A DNA stretch of 64,000 nt from Arenicellales bacterium. Lineage in GTDB: Bacteria; Pseudomonadota; Gammaproteobacteria; Arenicellales; JAJDZL01. Made by a program: the position numbers and the translations under genes. Positions 40,961 to 51,770 of this stretch are shown piece by piece (the first letter of the stretch is position 1; every line of letters begins with the position of its first letter). Below the pieces are notes generated by a model that was given only the letters and a program-made list of their open reading frames with translations, was not told the origin of the DNA and searched no databases. The DNA is taken from contig CBDAUN010000003.1 in NCBI GenBank assembly GCA_965200645.1, positions 1,472,968-1,536,967 of the forward strand, in the 5' to 3' direction.

Positions 40961-42625
40961 CTACATGCATTCGCTGATGCCGAACGCATGGTAGTGATTT
41001 TCCTTAAAGTTATTGCGAAACATGTTGCGTAACCCATTCGCAACTTGATCATACTCTCCTGCTTTCTTCCAGCACTTTTTTGGGTCCATGATTGCTGAAT
41101 CAACCCCATCACAGGATGTCGGGTAGCGCAAGTTCAAAATCGGATGAACCTGATACTCAATTCCGTTGCTCTCGTGAAAATCGCCTCTCATAGCTGCATT
41201 TAAGAGTTGCCGGGTGTCTTTGATAGAAATTCTTGGTGCCTTGCCTGCAGCACCTCCAATCCATCCGGTGTTAAGCAATACACAGCGCACTTTGTGCTTT
41301 TCGATTTTCTGTTTGAGCAACTCCGCATAAACTTGCGGCTTGTGGGACATGAACGGGGCACCATAGCAGGCACTGAAAGTCGCTTCCGGATCCTTCACAC
41401 CGATTTCCGTACCCGCTACACGAGCAGTAAATCCCTGTATGAAGTGATACACCGCGTCTTGTGGTTCAAGTACAGATATGGGAGGCAGTACACCAAATGC
41501 GTCGGCAGTCAAAAATACGATGGTGTTTGGGTGCGTACCGCAAACCCCTTCGGCGACATTTGGATTGCAGTCAAGTGGAAACGAAAATCGAGTATTTTCG
41601 GTTCTGGAAGAGTCAAACAGATCCAAATCCTGAGGGTGTGTCGTTGCATATGGCTGTCCGGGGAGCTGCGGGACGTTTTCAATGATTGTGTCTTTCATCG
41701 ACAACGCTTTAGCGATAACCGGCTCTGCTTCCTTGTCTAAGTTGATCAGTTTCGCATAACAGCCATTTTCCAGATTGGAAATTCCGTCATCGGTCCAGCC
41801 AGTTTCATCGTCGCCAATCAGCTTTCTTGAAGCGTCGGCTGACAAGGTGGTCTTACCCGTACCGGACAGGCCGAACATGATCGCAGAATCATTGGAATCT
41901 CCTACATTTGCCGCACAGTGCATCGACAGATAACCTTTATTAGGCAATAAGAAATTCATTACCGTAAAAATGGTCTTCTTAACCAAGCCGCAATAGTCTG
42001 CTCTACCGGCAACCAGGCAAATGCGATTACGAAAATCAATAATTGCAGCCCGATTTGAACGAGTACCGTCACGTTCCGGCACACAATCAAACGTCTGCAC
42101 ATTAAGCATAGTCCAGCGCTTGCTCGCATCTGACTCATCGGTGACATCCGTTCGAAACATGTTACGAGCGAACATGGCATGGATGGCGAATTGTCCAACG
42201 AAACGATATGGAATCGAGTAAGAATCTTCATGTCCAACTACTACATCTTGGACGTACAGGCGACTGCGCTGTTCGTTCAGATGTGCAATGACTCTTTTGA
42301 GTAAAGATTCATAGTGGTCGGGATCGAATTTTTTGAGGCTGTTCTTCCACCATATCTTTGCTTCGAACTCAGGCCATGCCACGGCGAATGTGTCATCTAC
42401 CGGTCGACCAGTACACTCGGGATCGGTCAAAAAGACAATTGGGCCATCTTCCTTAAGCGATGTGCTAAACGCTTTATTTTCGGTATATTCACCGCCAAGA
42501 TCGACTCTGCCACAATCGTTGTTTAACGATTCGTGAAAGAGCCTGCGGCTGGATGGGTTATGGAGGATATTGGTGGTTTCTATACCAAGTTCGGTTCGAA
42601 GTGAATCGAGAATATCTATCGTCAT
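40961..42625 (-). CDS. pckA: phosphoenolpyruvate carboxykinase (ATP)
   Basis: 554 aa. GLSGTGKTTLS kinase-1a loop, IGDDETGW, NTGWIGG. Confidence 0.95.
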   Translation of the reverse strand: MTIDILDSLRTELGIETTNILHNPSSRRLFHESLNNDCGRVDLGGEYTENKAFSTSLKEDGPIVFLTDPECTGRPVDDTFAVAWPEFEAKIWWKNSLKKFDPDHYESLLKRVIAHLNEQRSRLYVQDVVVGHEDSYSIPYRFVGQFAIHAMFARNMFRTDVTDESDASKRWTMLNVQTFDCVPERDGTRSNRAAIIDFRNRICLVAGRADYCGLVKKTIFTVMNFLLPNKGYLSMHCAANVGDSNDSAIMFGLSGTGKTTLSADASRKLIGDDETGWTDDGISNLENGCYAKLINLDKEAEPVIAKALSMKDTIIENVPQLPGQPYATTHPQDLDLFDSSRTENTRFSFPLDCNPNVAEGVCGTHPNTIVFLTADAFGVLPPISVLEPQDAVYHFIQGFTARVAGTEIGVKDPEATFSACYGAPFMSHKPQVYAELLKQKIEKHKVRCVLLNTGWIGGAAGKAPRISIKDTRQLLNAAMRGDFHESNGIEYQVHPILNLRYPTSCDGVDSAIMDPKKCWKKAGEYDQVANGLRNMFRNNFKENHYHAFGISECM

Positions 42626-42828
42626 AACAAAAGATTCGACTACTATATCGATTGATGTTTAGGTAAGTGTTCATTTTAACTGAAAGAAAAAAATCATTTG
42701 ACAACTTCCCCCTGAGAAGTGAGTCAACATGATCACACCGCGAGAACACTGGAACCAGAAGTCTTTCTTATCATTCAATACTTTAATCCAAAAAACCACC
42801 TCCTTAACAAAAAGTAAAATTTTTTGAA

Positions 42829-43290
42829 ATGAATCGCTCCATTGATGTTTTCACCATGCATGGGCTAGAGAAAACGAAGATCCAAGCGTATTCAGCGAGA
42901 ATTTCTGAGCTACGTCATCTTGCAGCAGATGACGGATATTCATTGAGTCATTCTTCCGAGAATGACTTTTGGAGGTTTGTTCAATTTGAGCCTCAATTGA
43001 GGGAAGGTGAATTGATTTTGATTGATAATGGGAATCTGCGTGCTACTTGGCAGGACGATAAAGGAACCCATGTTGGTCTTCAGTTCCTTGGTGATGGAAT
43101 AGTGCAGTACGTCATATTCAAGAAACGCGACCCCACAAAACTGATTTCTCGAGTCGCCGGGCGTGATACGTTCATGGGAATAAGACTGCAGATTGAAACC
43201 TTCCAGTTGCAACAGTTGCTGTACAGTAACCAAGATAAAAGTGACTTGCCTGATGATGACAATGTTGTCGATCCATCAAACCCAGTTTGA
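42829..43290 (+). CDS. hypothetical protein (153 aa)
   Basis: It is the only long ORF in this interval. No motif recognised. Followed by ~450 bp with no ORF. Confidence 0.4.
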   Translation: MNRSIDVFTMHGLEKTKIQAYSARISELRHLAADDGYSLSHSSENDFWRFVQFEPQLREGELILIDNGNLRATWQDDKGTHVGLQFLGDGIVQYVIFKKRDPTKLISRVAGRDTFMGIRLQIETFQLQQLLYSNQDKSDLPDDDNVVDPSNPV

Positions 43291-43739
43291 AAATAAGTCG
43301 AAAAGGTGGCTGGCTCCGACTTAAGTTCTGGCCGCCGAATGCTTGTTTAATTTACATCCGGCAGTTACTGATAAATGATATGGTGAGAATTTCTAGTTTC
43401 GAAAATTATCTACCAGGGTATATTTTTCTTGACCAAGAGAAATTTTAAGTAATTGTTTTTAATTACTTTCTCCCTATCCACGTAGTCCCGTTTCTGTTTT
43501 GGCTTCGCTTGTAATTCCACTTCGGGGATTCAATTCTGACTTTTTAGATTAGACGATCGGCTCTTCTTGCACTGGAATCGTGTTGATTCATCGCTTAATG
43601 CTCTGATGGGTCATAAGTATGTCATAAAATGTTCAACTACCTCTGCAGCTTCATATCGCAAAGCCTGTTGACCAGGCGCAAGATTCCATCCACAAACTAC
43701 GCGTTCCATAGCTGCGTTTTCTGACTTCAACTCTTCGTT

Positions 43740-44471
43740 TCAGCCAAACCTCTTCGCATCCTGACTGGCATAACCTGCAACTAACTTATCTGCCGCTGTA
43801 GTCTCCCGTAAGGCTTCAAGTACTTGCGGTAACTGGCTAGCCGGTATCGCACAGGTCATTTCACTATTTTGAAGGCCGGTTCTAGCCCGACTGAGCATGC
43901 ACCCTACACTGACGGCTGGAGCATTTTGTTCCTTAGCAATAGCGATTATGTGGCACTGTGGCTTACCTTCAAACCTCAATGAAGGTACCGCTGAATGAAG
44001 TTGCATGGTTTGTTTTGCATTCATTCTTAGAAACACAATGTCCGTACTGCCGTTCGATTCGGCCAATGGTCCGTAAATTACTGCTTCCGGTCTAGATTTA
44101 ACCGTTGGAATGTGAGGAAATATTTCTGGGTTTACCCACTTTGCTTCGCAAACCGCCTGAACATCAGCTTTCGTTGCAGCCTCCTCTAAACTGATCATGC
44201 CGTGAGTCAGACTCCCGACACTACAGTTTCCGTGATCTTCGGGAACGGTAGCAAAGGTTCGGTCTTCCGCCTTAACCCAGAACACACATCCTGCCGGCAC
44301 CGCCCCTGTTCGTCCATCCTCCGTCTCGGGTGGATAGTCACTACCGTATCTTTCTACATTCTGAGGAACGTCACCACTAAAAGTGATTGCTAATGGTGCG
44401 TGGGCTAGACCAAGTAGCTCCACCAGTTCATTGGCCATGGCTTTATTGTCTGTCATTGGGTTAATCTCCAA
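43740..44471 (-). CDS. DUF169-family protein (tentative)
   Basis: 243 aa. The N-terminal ELVELLGLAHAPLAITF pattern and the size fit DUF169. Confidence 0.5.
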   Translation of the reverse strand: MEINPMTDNKAMANELVELLGLAHAPLAITFSGDVPQNVERYGSDYPPETEDGRTGAVPAGCVFWVKAEDRTFATVPEDHGNCSVGSLTHGMISLEEAATKADVQAVCEAKWVNPEIFPHIPTVKSRPEAVIYGPLAESNGSTDIVFLRMNAKQTMQLHSAVPSLRFEGKPQCHIIAIAKEQNAPAVSVGCMLSRARTGLQNSEMTCAIPASQLPQVLEALRETTAADKLVAGYASQDAKRFG

Positions 44472-44752
44472 TTGATTTTTATGTGAAATTTAATTATGCG
44501 CCTAAGTTATGGATGAATTCAGCTTAGTTGGGGTATCAAGTAAAGTTGTACTGAACAATCGAATTCGTCAAGGGTATTATGAATCCCAACTCTTTAGGAA
44601 GTGAAAACTACAAAATACCGAATGAGAGCTTACAACCCAATAAGGAAAATACATCGGTATCGCCCTAGAGTTGCGATTGCAAGTTTACAGTCGCAATAAA
44701 TCGGTTTAAATTCATCGACTCAGATTTACACAAAGTATAGCAAGTACGTCAA

Positions 44753-45505
44753 GTGAAATTCGTTAAGTCAAAATTCTTCGTACCCTCACTTGTACTGGCA
44801 GTGGTTGCGACAGCCTCATACTTTATCAACTGGAAGCTTCTACTATCGCTGGATTTTTCCGTTGTGTGGGAGTATCGAGTAGTTCTTCTCAAGGGGATGG
44901 GGCTTACTCTTACACTCACTGCATGTGCAGCAGTGCTGGGCTTGTTTTTTGGCACAATCCTGGCCGTTGCAAGTCAGTCTCCGTTTGCCTTGCTACGCTG
45001 GCTGGTCACTGGATTTGTAGAAATTTGGCGAAACACTCCCCTACTCGTTCAGCTCATTTGGATTCACTATGCTCTGCCTCTGGTAACTGGCATCAATACC
45101 ACCGCGTTGGAAAGTGGTGTGCTGGCAATCGTGCTGCAGGCCAGTGCCTATTTTACGGAGATCGTTCGAGGTGGTATCGACGCCGTACCAAAGGGTCAGT
45201 GGGAAGCAGCCTACTCACTAGCACTTCCTTCAAGAATTCGCTGGAATCGCATCATTCTTCCGCAAGCCATTCGGACCATGATTCCGCCACTAGTTAACTT
45301 GACAATTAGTTTTTTTAAAGGGACGGCAATACTGTCAATTTTGCACATCAGCGAGTTGATGACGGTCACCAATCGTATCAGTAACGTCACATTCAAGCCG
45401 ATCGAACTTTTCAGTTTTATCGCAATTTTATATTTTGTAGTCGGCTACTTTTTGAGCAAAACAACATTGCGACTGGAATATGTCTTGCAACGAAGGGAAC
45501 GATAA
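44753..45505 (+). CDS. polar amino acid ABC transporter permease
   Basis: 250 aa. His/Glu/Gln/Arg/opine permease family N-terminal box (WEYRVVLLKGMGLTLTLT) and an EAA-like loop (EIVRGGIDAVPKGQWEAAYSLAL). Confidence 0.85.
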   Translation: MKFVKSKFFVPSLVLAVVATASYFINWKLLLSLDFSVVWEYRVVLLKGMGLTLTLTACAAVLGLFFGTILAVASQSPFALLRWLVTGFVEIWRNTPLLVQLIWIHYALPLVTGINTTALESGVLAIVLQASAYFTEIVRGGIDAVPKGQWEAAYSLALPSRIRWNRIILPQAIRTMIPPLVNLTISFFKGTAILSILHISELMTVTNRISNVTFKPIELFSFIAILYFVVGYFLSKTTLRLEYVLQRRER

Positions 45506-46170
45506 TGAGATTTGATTGGGACCAATTGATTCGTTACAGCCCGGATTTGCTCGAAGCATTCTTAGTTACGATCGTAATTTCTGCGATTTCTCTAGTCATT
45601 GGCATTGTCCTTGGAGCCATTGCATGTCTGGGAAGGCTCAGTAAAGACCGAACGGCATTTCGTTTATCAACATGGTTTGTTGACTTTTTTCGGACGATCC
45701 CGGAAGTCGTACTTATTTTCTGGGTTTATTCTTGTCTACCCTTGCTGTTGTCGGTTCGAATTTCAAGCGAAGCGTGCGGCATTATTGCTCTATCACTGTT
45801 TAGCGGTGCTTATCTTGCAGAAATCTTTCGTGCAGGGGTGCTTGCTGTACCACGTGGTCAGGTTGACGCAGCTTATGCCTTGGCTATACCCAAAGTTCAC
45901 ATTTGGCGAAAGATCATCATTCCACCGGCGATCCGTCGAATGATGCCTGCCTTCGTCAACTTCTTGACTGAACTTTTGAAAGCAACCAGTCTGCTGTCAG
46001 CAATTTCTGTAGGTGAAATGGCATATACCGCAAACATACTGGGTGCGCAAACACTCAGCTATTTCGAATTTTTAAGTGCTATTGCCGTGCTTTACTTCAT
46101 ATTAATCTTTCCCTTCAGTATGCTCGCTCGAAGGTCGGAAATGAAATTGCAACGAAGAACCGGAAATTAA
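45505..46170 (+). CDS. polar amino acid ABC transporter permease
   Basis: 221 aa. EAA loop AEIFRAGVLAVPRGQVDAAYALA. The start abuts the stop of the previous permease. Confidence 0.85.
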   Translation: MRFDWDQLIRYSPDLLEAFLVTIVISAISLVIGIVLGAIACLGRLSKDRTAFRLSTWFVDFFRTIPEVVLIFWVYSCLPLLLSVRISSEACGIIALSLFSGAYLAEIFRAGVLAVPRGQVDAAYALAIPKVHIWRKIIIPPAIRRMMPAFVNFLTELLKATSLLSAISVGEMAYTANILGAQTLSYFEFLSAIAVLYFILIFPFSMLARRSEMKLQRRTGN

Positions 46171-46174
46171 TGCA

Positions 46175-46930
46175 ATGGTAGTTGCCGAAGAAGCCGCTAG
46201 AAATATTTTTATTGACTGCAGAAATGTCATCAAGAGGTTTGGAGACTTCGTCGCTTTGGACGGCATTTCTGTTGAAATTGCGGAGGGTGACATCGTTTGC
46301 ATCATTGGTCCGTCGGGGGGTGGTAAGTCCACGTTTATCAGAACTATAAATGCCCTCGAGATCATTGATGATGGAAAAATCGTTGTCGATGGAATCGAAC
46401 TGCCGGGCAGCCAGCAAGATGTTGAAAACATCCGCCGAGAAGTAGGGATGGTGTTTCAGCAGTTCAATCTATTCGAGCACATGTCAATTCGAGAAAATGT
46501 CGCCTTCGCGCCCGTCGTTTCCAGAGGTATGCAAAAGGATAAAGCCAGCAAATTGGCCGAAACACTGCTCGGTAGAGTCGGAATTGCTGAGCAGATTGAT
46601 AAATACCCCAATCATCTTTCGGGCGGTCAACAGCAGCGTGTTGCCATAGCCAGGGCCTTAGCCATGGAACCGAAAGCAATGTTGTTTGATGAACCCACTT
46701 CTGCACTTGATCCCGAAATGGTAGTAGAAGTCCTAAATGTGATTCGCGAACTTGCTGCCTCTGGCATGACCATGCTTATTGTCACTCACGAAATGGGATT
46801 TGCAAAAGAGGTAGCCAACAGAATTATGTTTATAAGTGACGGCAAAATTGTTGTTGACGAATCACCTGACGACTTTTTTAAAAGTCCCGAAAACCCACAG
46901 TTGCAAAGGTTCTTATCCGCTGTTTTGTAA
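46175..46930 (+). CDS. polar amino acid ABC transporter ATP-binding protein
   Basis: Walker A GPSGGGKST, signature LSGGQQQRVAIARAL, Walker B MLFDEPTSALD. Confidence 0.9.
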   Translation: MVVAEEAARNIFIDCRNVIKRFGDFVALDGISVEIAEGDIVCIIGPSGGGKSTFIRTINALEIIDDGKIVVDGIELPGSQQDVENIRREVGMVFQQFNLFEHMSIRENVAFAPVVSRGMQKDKASKLAETLLGRVGIAEQIDKYPNHLSGGQQQRVAIARALAMEPKAMLFDEPTSALDPEMVVEVLNVIRELAASGMTMLIVTHEMGFAKEVANRIMFISDGKIVVDESPDDFFKSPENPQLQRFLSAVL

Positions 46931-47032
46931 CTGTTGAAGAATTACTCGACGGCATAGGGTTGATTGCGGTTGGGTGTTGATAAATGATAATATTGATTTT
47001 CTGACAACAATATTAAATTGGAGAGTAGCGAA

Positions 47033-47812
47033 ATGAAGAAATTTGCCATTTTATTTAGTGTGCTTGCATTTGCACTTACGACAGGCACGGCTTTTTCAGC
47101 CGACGACAAAATTACAGCGATAAAGGACAGCGGACAACTGCGCGTCTGTCACGCTGAAGCGTTGCCATGGGGGGCTAAAGACCCCAAGACAAACGAATGG
47201 GTTGGCACTGACATTGAGGCGGCTAAACATTTGGCAGGAATCATGGGAGTTGAGTATGTTCCTGTTGACTCACAGTGGGGCACGCTGATTCCTAGTCTTG
47301 AAACAGACAAATGCGACATTGTAATGTCACCTATGTTCCGAACCGCAGAAAGAGCAATGCGGGTCTTGTTTTCAAATCCATCCGGCTATGAAACTCAAGG
47401 AACTGCAGTACATCAGGACTCTGATGCCCAAACCCATGCAGACCTGGATAAGGAAGGCATGATCATTGCAGTAGGTTCCGGAACTGCCGACGAAGCGTTT
47501 GCAAATCGCTTCTTCAAGAGCGCCGAAGTCAAGCCACTGGTTAGCGACAAACTTTCCACATATTTTCTTGAAGTTGCCAGTAAGCGCGCTGATGCAATTT
47601 TGACAGACAGTTCTTCGTTAAGAAATTTCATCGCTGCCAATCCTGAAATGAACTTGCGGATAATCGATGATGCACCACTCAATCCTCAAGGCTATGCGTA
47701 TGCCGTACTTCCCGGTGAATATCACTTCGTGAATTTCATCAATGTATGGCTTGAAACTATTAGTCAACAAGGTTTGACTGACCAGTGGTACGAAATGGTA
47801 ACTTCAAACTAG
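47033..47812 (+). CDS. ABC transporter substrate-binding protein (family 3, polar amino acids)
   Basis: MKKFAILFSVLAFALTTGTAFSA signal peptide. GGAGAG lies 7 nt upstream of the ATG at 47033 (the ORF track starts at a TTG at 47018). Confidence 0.8.
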   Translation: MKKFAILFSVLAFALTTGTAFSADDKITAIKDSGQLRVCHAEALPWGAKDPKTNEWVGTDIEAAKHLAGIMGVEYVPVDSQWGTLIPSLETDKCDIVMSPMFRTAERAMRVLFSNPSGYETQGTAVHQDSDAQTHADLDKEGMIIAVGSGTADEAFANRFFKSAEVKPLVSDKLSTYFLEVASKRADAILTDSSSLRNFIAANPEMNLRIIDDAPLNPQGYAYAVLPGEYHFVNFINVWLETISQQGLTDQWYEMVTSN

Positions 47813-47873
47813 CATTAACTTTACTCCACTACTAAGACGTGCGGAGATTCGTGCTGACATCTGGGTAAAAAAC

Positions 47874-49193
47874 TTGGAAACAGCTGAGCAAATCTGGGAA
47901 AGGCAGAAATCGACAATCGCCGGCGGCGTAATGTCGATAAATCGTGCCATTGATCCGATGCGGGTTTTTGTTAAGGCCAAAGGCGCTTACATGTGGGACC
48001 ATGTCGGTAACAAATACATCGACTACCACGCTGCATTTGCTCCCTACTTGCTCGGTCATGGTGATGAAGACATTGATTCAGCTGTGATTGAGTCCATCAA
48101 TCGCAGCGAATCTCTGATGGGGGCTGGCACTACCCCATGGGAACGAGAAATAGCTAATTTGTTAGTTGAGTCCATTCCTTATGTAGATCAAGTACAACTC
48201 ACCAGTAGCGGGACAGAAGCAGTCGCTTGCTCGCTTCGACTCGCACGAGCTGCCACTGGTAATGACGGCATCGTAATTATGCAGGGCGGGTACAACGGAT
48301 GGATGGATGCCGTTGCTTTCAACCTAATGGATCCGACTGATGCGGTACGATTTCATCAGCAAGGAGCTGAACACGAACTTCGACCGATCTCAGCAGGTAT
48401 GCCGGCCAGTGCGGCTGACTGTGCGCACGCCATTGAGTTCAACGACGAAGAGGCTTTGGAAAATACTTTAAAGCGAGGCAATATCGCAGCGGTTATATTG
48501 GAACCAATTCTACAGAATGTTGGAATTGTAAAACCTAAACCTGGATACCTTGAAAAAGCTCGCTCACTTTGCGACCAGCATGGGGCACTTTTAATCTTTG
48601 ATGAAGTGAAAACTGGATTTAGGCACGCATTGGGAGGGTATCAGTCCATATGCAACGTGGCACCAGATTTGAGCGTTTTCGGAAAAGCAGCGGCAAATGG
48701 ATATCCTATGGGTGTTGTGGGCGGAAAACGGGAATTTATGGCCTACAGTTGTCACCCGGATCTTAGTCAACGAGTTCTGATTGCAGGCACCTACAATGCT
48801 CACCCCTTCACTGTTGCAGCGGCAATTGCAACGGTAAAAAAACTCAGAGAGCGAAATTCAGAAATTTACGGCCACTTGGAAAATCTTGGCCAACAAATGG
48901 AAAATGGCTTAAACGATTTGTTGAAAGACCGCAATTACCCGACAACTGTTGTCAGGCAGGGATCGGCTTTTGTAGTGTATTTCATGGACCACGAACCGGA
49001 TTGTTGGAGAGATATCGCTTTGCATAACGATGCACAGTTGGATGTTGCTTATCGCAACAAGTTAATTGAACAGGGTGTATTCCATTTTCCGGTGACGACC
49101 AAGCAAGGCAGCATCTCCTTTGCTCACACGCGCAAAGATATTGATGAAACGCTGTCGATTACTGAGTCGGTACTCAACAGCCTTCACGATTAG
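47874..49193 (+). CDS. class III (GSA-aminomutase-like) PLP-dependent aminotransferase
   Basis: 439 aa. IAGGVMSINR, TSSGTEA, DEVKTGFR, and the FGKAAANGYP lysine motif. Confidence 0.85.
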   Translation: METAEQIWERQKSTIAGGVMSINRAIDPMRVFVKAKGAYMWDHVGNKYIDYHAAFAPYLLGHGDEDIDSAVIESINRSESLMGAGTTPWEREIANLLVESIPYVDQVQLTSSGTEAVACSLRLARAATGNDGIVIMQGGYNGWMDAVAFNLMDPTDAVRFHQQGAEHELRPISAGMPASAADCAHAIEFNDEEALENTLKRGNIAAVILEPILQNVGIVKPKPGYLEKARSLCDQHGALLIFDEVKTGFRHALGGYQSICNVAPDLSVFGKAAANGYPMGVVGGKREFMAYSCHPDLSQRVLIAGTYNAHPFTVAAAIATVKKLRERNSEIYGHLENLGQQMENGLNDLLKDRNYPTTVVRQGSAFVVYFMDHEPDCWRDIALHNDAQLDVAYRNKLIEQGVFHFPVTTKQGSISFAHTRKDIDETLSITESVLNSLHD

Positions 49194-49264
49194 TCTGCTT
49201 CGAACCACTATCACTTATATCAGCCGAAGTGTTGTGACAATCAAATCTGGCTTACCAAAATTGT

Positions 49265-50701
49265 CTAAACGACATCGATGATTCCGGTCATTCCACTTTC
49301 TTGGTGCTCAAGAACGTGACAATGAAACATCCATTTTCCGGGGTTATCAGCAACAAAAGCGATTTGCGCCCTATCTCTGGCACGGAGTAGAAGGGTGTCG
49401 CGCAAATAAGGGTTGGGAATTGACTCGCCATTAATGCTAATGACCTGAAATATGTGGCCGTGCAGGTGGATTGGGTGATCTCGAACCGTATCGTTAACCA
49501 AATCGAATATGTAGGACTTCCCGAGATCCAACCTTATGAGCGGTGGTTCGCTGTGTGCATCGACTACAACTCTATCATTAACTGCCCAAAACCTCCCTGT
49601 ACTTCTAGCAATATCAATAAAGTCACTATACTCACCGTTAACTTTGGCTCTTTGCAATCTTCCACCCGCACCCCCCTGGAAGACAAATTGATGAAGCTCA
49701 GCGTTCGCTAGATCCGGCAACGCAATTGGGTTAGGATTTATTGGTTCCGGTACGTTGAACTGTGGTTGCAAAGATTCGGTGGAATCATATTTCAAGTTCA
49801 TAAAGTAATATGCAAACTCCGCTCCGTATTCAAAATCGATTACTGATGAAGTCGAGCCGGGCTGACCAACCATGTCTATGATCAGATCAACCCGTTCACC
49901 TGAAGACACCGATACGATGCTGTCCTTTGCTAGGTACGGTTGTACTGGCTGACCATCCCAAGAAATGATCCAAGGTTCCAAGTCATTGAATTTCAGTGTG
50001 AATATTCTTGCATTTGCAACATTAATCAATCGCAATCGCAACCGCTCACCTGAACGAACCGGGAATTCATTACCGATGGTTCCGTTTACTGTTACCACAT
50101 TTCCCAATCTTCCATCGTGCGAATGGTCATGCATGGATTGAGTATCGAATGACGCAATTTGGGCCTCTTGGTTTAGGCGCCAGTCGTCAATTACCCAAAT
50201 CAAATCTCTGTCAACCTGTGGCGGATTTTCTTCATCCACAATCAAAGCACCATACAACCCCATACCGATCTGTTTACTACTGGCAAGATGGGGGTGATAC
50301 CAAAAAGTCCCGGCATCTTCGAGTGGAAATTCGTACAAGAACGAATTTCCCGGCTCTACCGGTTCCTGGGAAATGTGAGGTACACCATCCATACTGACCG
50401 GTACACGAAGTCCGTGCCAGTGAATGGTAGTTGGTTCGGTCAGATGATTTTCAAGCAGCAGACGTAACGTATCACCTTGCCTGTATCGAAGAATTGGGCC
50501 AGGTACTTGGCCATTGTAGGCCCATACTGAAGTATGGTAGTTTTCATCAAGAACCAGGTTAACTTTGGTTGGGCTGGCCGTTAGTGCCTTCACACTGGTT
50601 GAGGCGTGAACAAGCGGCAGCGGCGAAACTACAGATGCCACTGCACAACTGCATCCTTGCAAAAATCTTCTTCGTGTTAAATCAAATACTTGGGCCGGCA
50701 C
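49265..50701 (-). CDS. Tat-exported multicopper oxidase
   Basis: TRRRFLQG twin-arginine signal. Copper motifs HWHG, WYHPH, HPIHLHGH, HCHVLEHQESGM. Confidence 0.85.
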   Translation of the reverse strand: MPAQVFDLTRRRFLQGCSCAVASVVSPLPLVHASTSVKALTASPTKVNLVLDENYHTSVWAYNGQVPGPILRYRQGDTLRLLLENHLTEPTTIHWHGLRVPVSMDGVPHISQEPVEPGNSFLYEFPLEDAGTFWYHPHLASSKQIGMGLYGALIVDEENPPQVDRDLIWVIDDWRLNQEAQIASFDTQSMHDHSHDGRLGNVVTVNGTIGNEFPVRSGERLRLRLINVANARIFTLKFNDLEPWIISWDGQPVQPYLAKDSIVSVSSGERVDLIIDMVGQPGSTSSVIDFEYGAEFAYYFMNLKYDSTESLQPQFNVPEPINPNPIALPDLANAELHQFVFQGGAGGRLQRAKVNGEYSDFIDIARSTGRFWAVNDRVVVDAHSEPPLIRLDLGKSYIFDLVNDTVRDHPIHLHGHIFQVISINGESIPNPYLRDTLLLRARDRAQIAFVADNPGKWMFHCHVLEHQESGMTGIIDVV

Positions 50702-50724
50702 TTTCTTTCAATAATTAGATTGAA

Positions 50725-51225
50725 CTAGTCTGCAGCCTCGACATACATCGTTTCGCCTGCAAAGCCATTCATCCACACCTGCAGACAACTTTGAGCGAAG
50801 CTCTCCAGTTCTTCGATATCTGCAGCAGTAGCAAAAATATTTCCTGTGTTCCCGCCGCCTGGTCCGTAAAGATTATTTCCCCTGTCGTAGAACAATGCTA
50901 TGTCCACAATTCGTTGTGGATTGTCCGGGTCGTAAACATTACGCGGTAATAAACCGTCTGGATGAAAGATGTACATTAGGTCGCCAGGTGCTGGAAACAT
51001 GCAAAGCCATTCTTTCGGCGGATCCTGTCCAAAGACTTCAGCGACTGAAAGTAACGTGTATATTTCGTGATTGGCGTACTTGGCATGCCAAAGATCACCT
51101 TCAAACGGAAGTGCTTTACTCACTATAGCGCAAGTTTTTGGTGAGTTATCCCAACGAAGCTTCAATTTCACACTTGCACCATTTTTTCTTAAACCTACTC
51201 GAACGTATTTCAACCGATCTTCCAC
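50725..51225 (-). CDS. hypothetical protein, possibly cyclophilin-like DUF3830
   Basis: 166 aa in an operon position between the cupin and the multicopper oxidase. The family assignment is from weak recollection only. Confidence 0.35.
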   Translation of the reverse strand: MEDRLKYVRVGLRKNGASVKLKLRWDNSPKTCAIVSKALPFEGDLWHAKYANHEIYTLLSVAEVFGQDPPKEWLCMFPAPGDLMYIFHPDGLLPRNVYDPDNPQRIVDIALFYDRGNNLYGPGGGNTGNIFATAADIEELESFAQSCLQVWMNGFAGETMYVEAAD

Positions 51226-51270
51226 AATCTCACCTTTAGTTTTATTATTTTTTACTTGTTTATGACTTCT

Positions 51271-51663
51271 CTAGAATGGAGATTCACAGGGAACTGTTCC
51301 CATCTTGGCTGGCACGGATAACTCCAAAATTTCCATGTCGTCGGATGCAGCTGTTTCATTGTGCCGCATACCACCCGGTATGAAAAGTGATTGGCCCTTC
51401 TCGATGTGCAACTTGTCACCGGTTTCAAACTCTAAGTCAATCCATCCATTCAGCAGGTAAATGAACTGACCTTCGCATTCGTGATAATGCCATCCGGTTG
51501 GCTTAGTCATGCCACGCTTTGCAGCCATAGTCTGAGCCCTAAGAATACCTAGACTTGCTTCTGTCACACCAAGATCGTGATAGGTGAAAAAATCCCTACG
51601 ACCCTTGATTTCGTCAGCTGTTTCTTTAGTTGTGTACGCTAGTTTAGGTCCCGATTCTGGCAT
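51271..51663 (-). CDS. cupin domain protein
   Basis: 130 aa. GWHYHECEGQFIYLLNG ... IPGGMRHNE matches the two-motif cupin signature. Confidence 0.7.
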   Translation of the reverse strand: MPESGPKLAYTTKETADEIKGRRDFFTYHDLGVTEASLGILRAQTMAAKRGMTKPTGWHYHECEGQFIYLLNGWIDLEFETGDKLHIEKGQSLFIPGGMRHNETAASDDMEILELSVPAKMGTVPCESPF

Positions 51664-51770
51664 TATTCAACTCCTGAAAAGTAACTTTCTAGATTAAAGT
51701 ATAACCTGAACAAGCGCAGCATTTTGTTGCGACACTTTGGTTGACTTAAGGAAATTAAACTCTCAAAACG

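Noticed and set aside
43611-43742. A 42-codon in-frame extension after the TGA stop of the DUF169-like gene, suggesting possible read-through.
   Set aside because: An open stretch of this length after a stop is not statistically remarkable. I recognise no SECIS-like or read-through context, and the extension has no recognisable motif.
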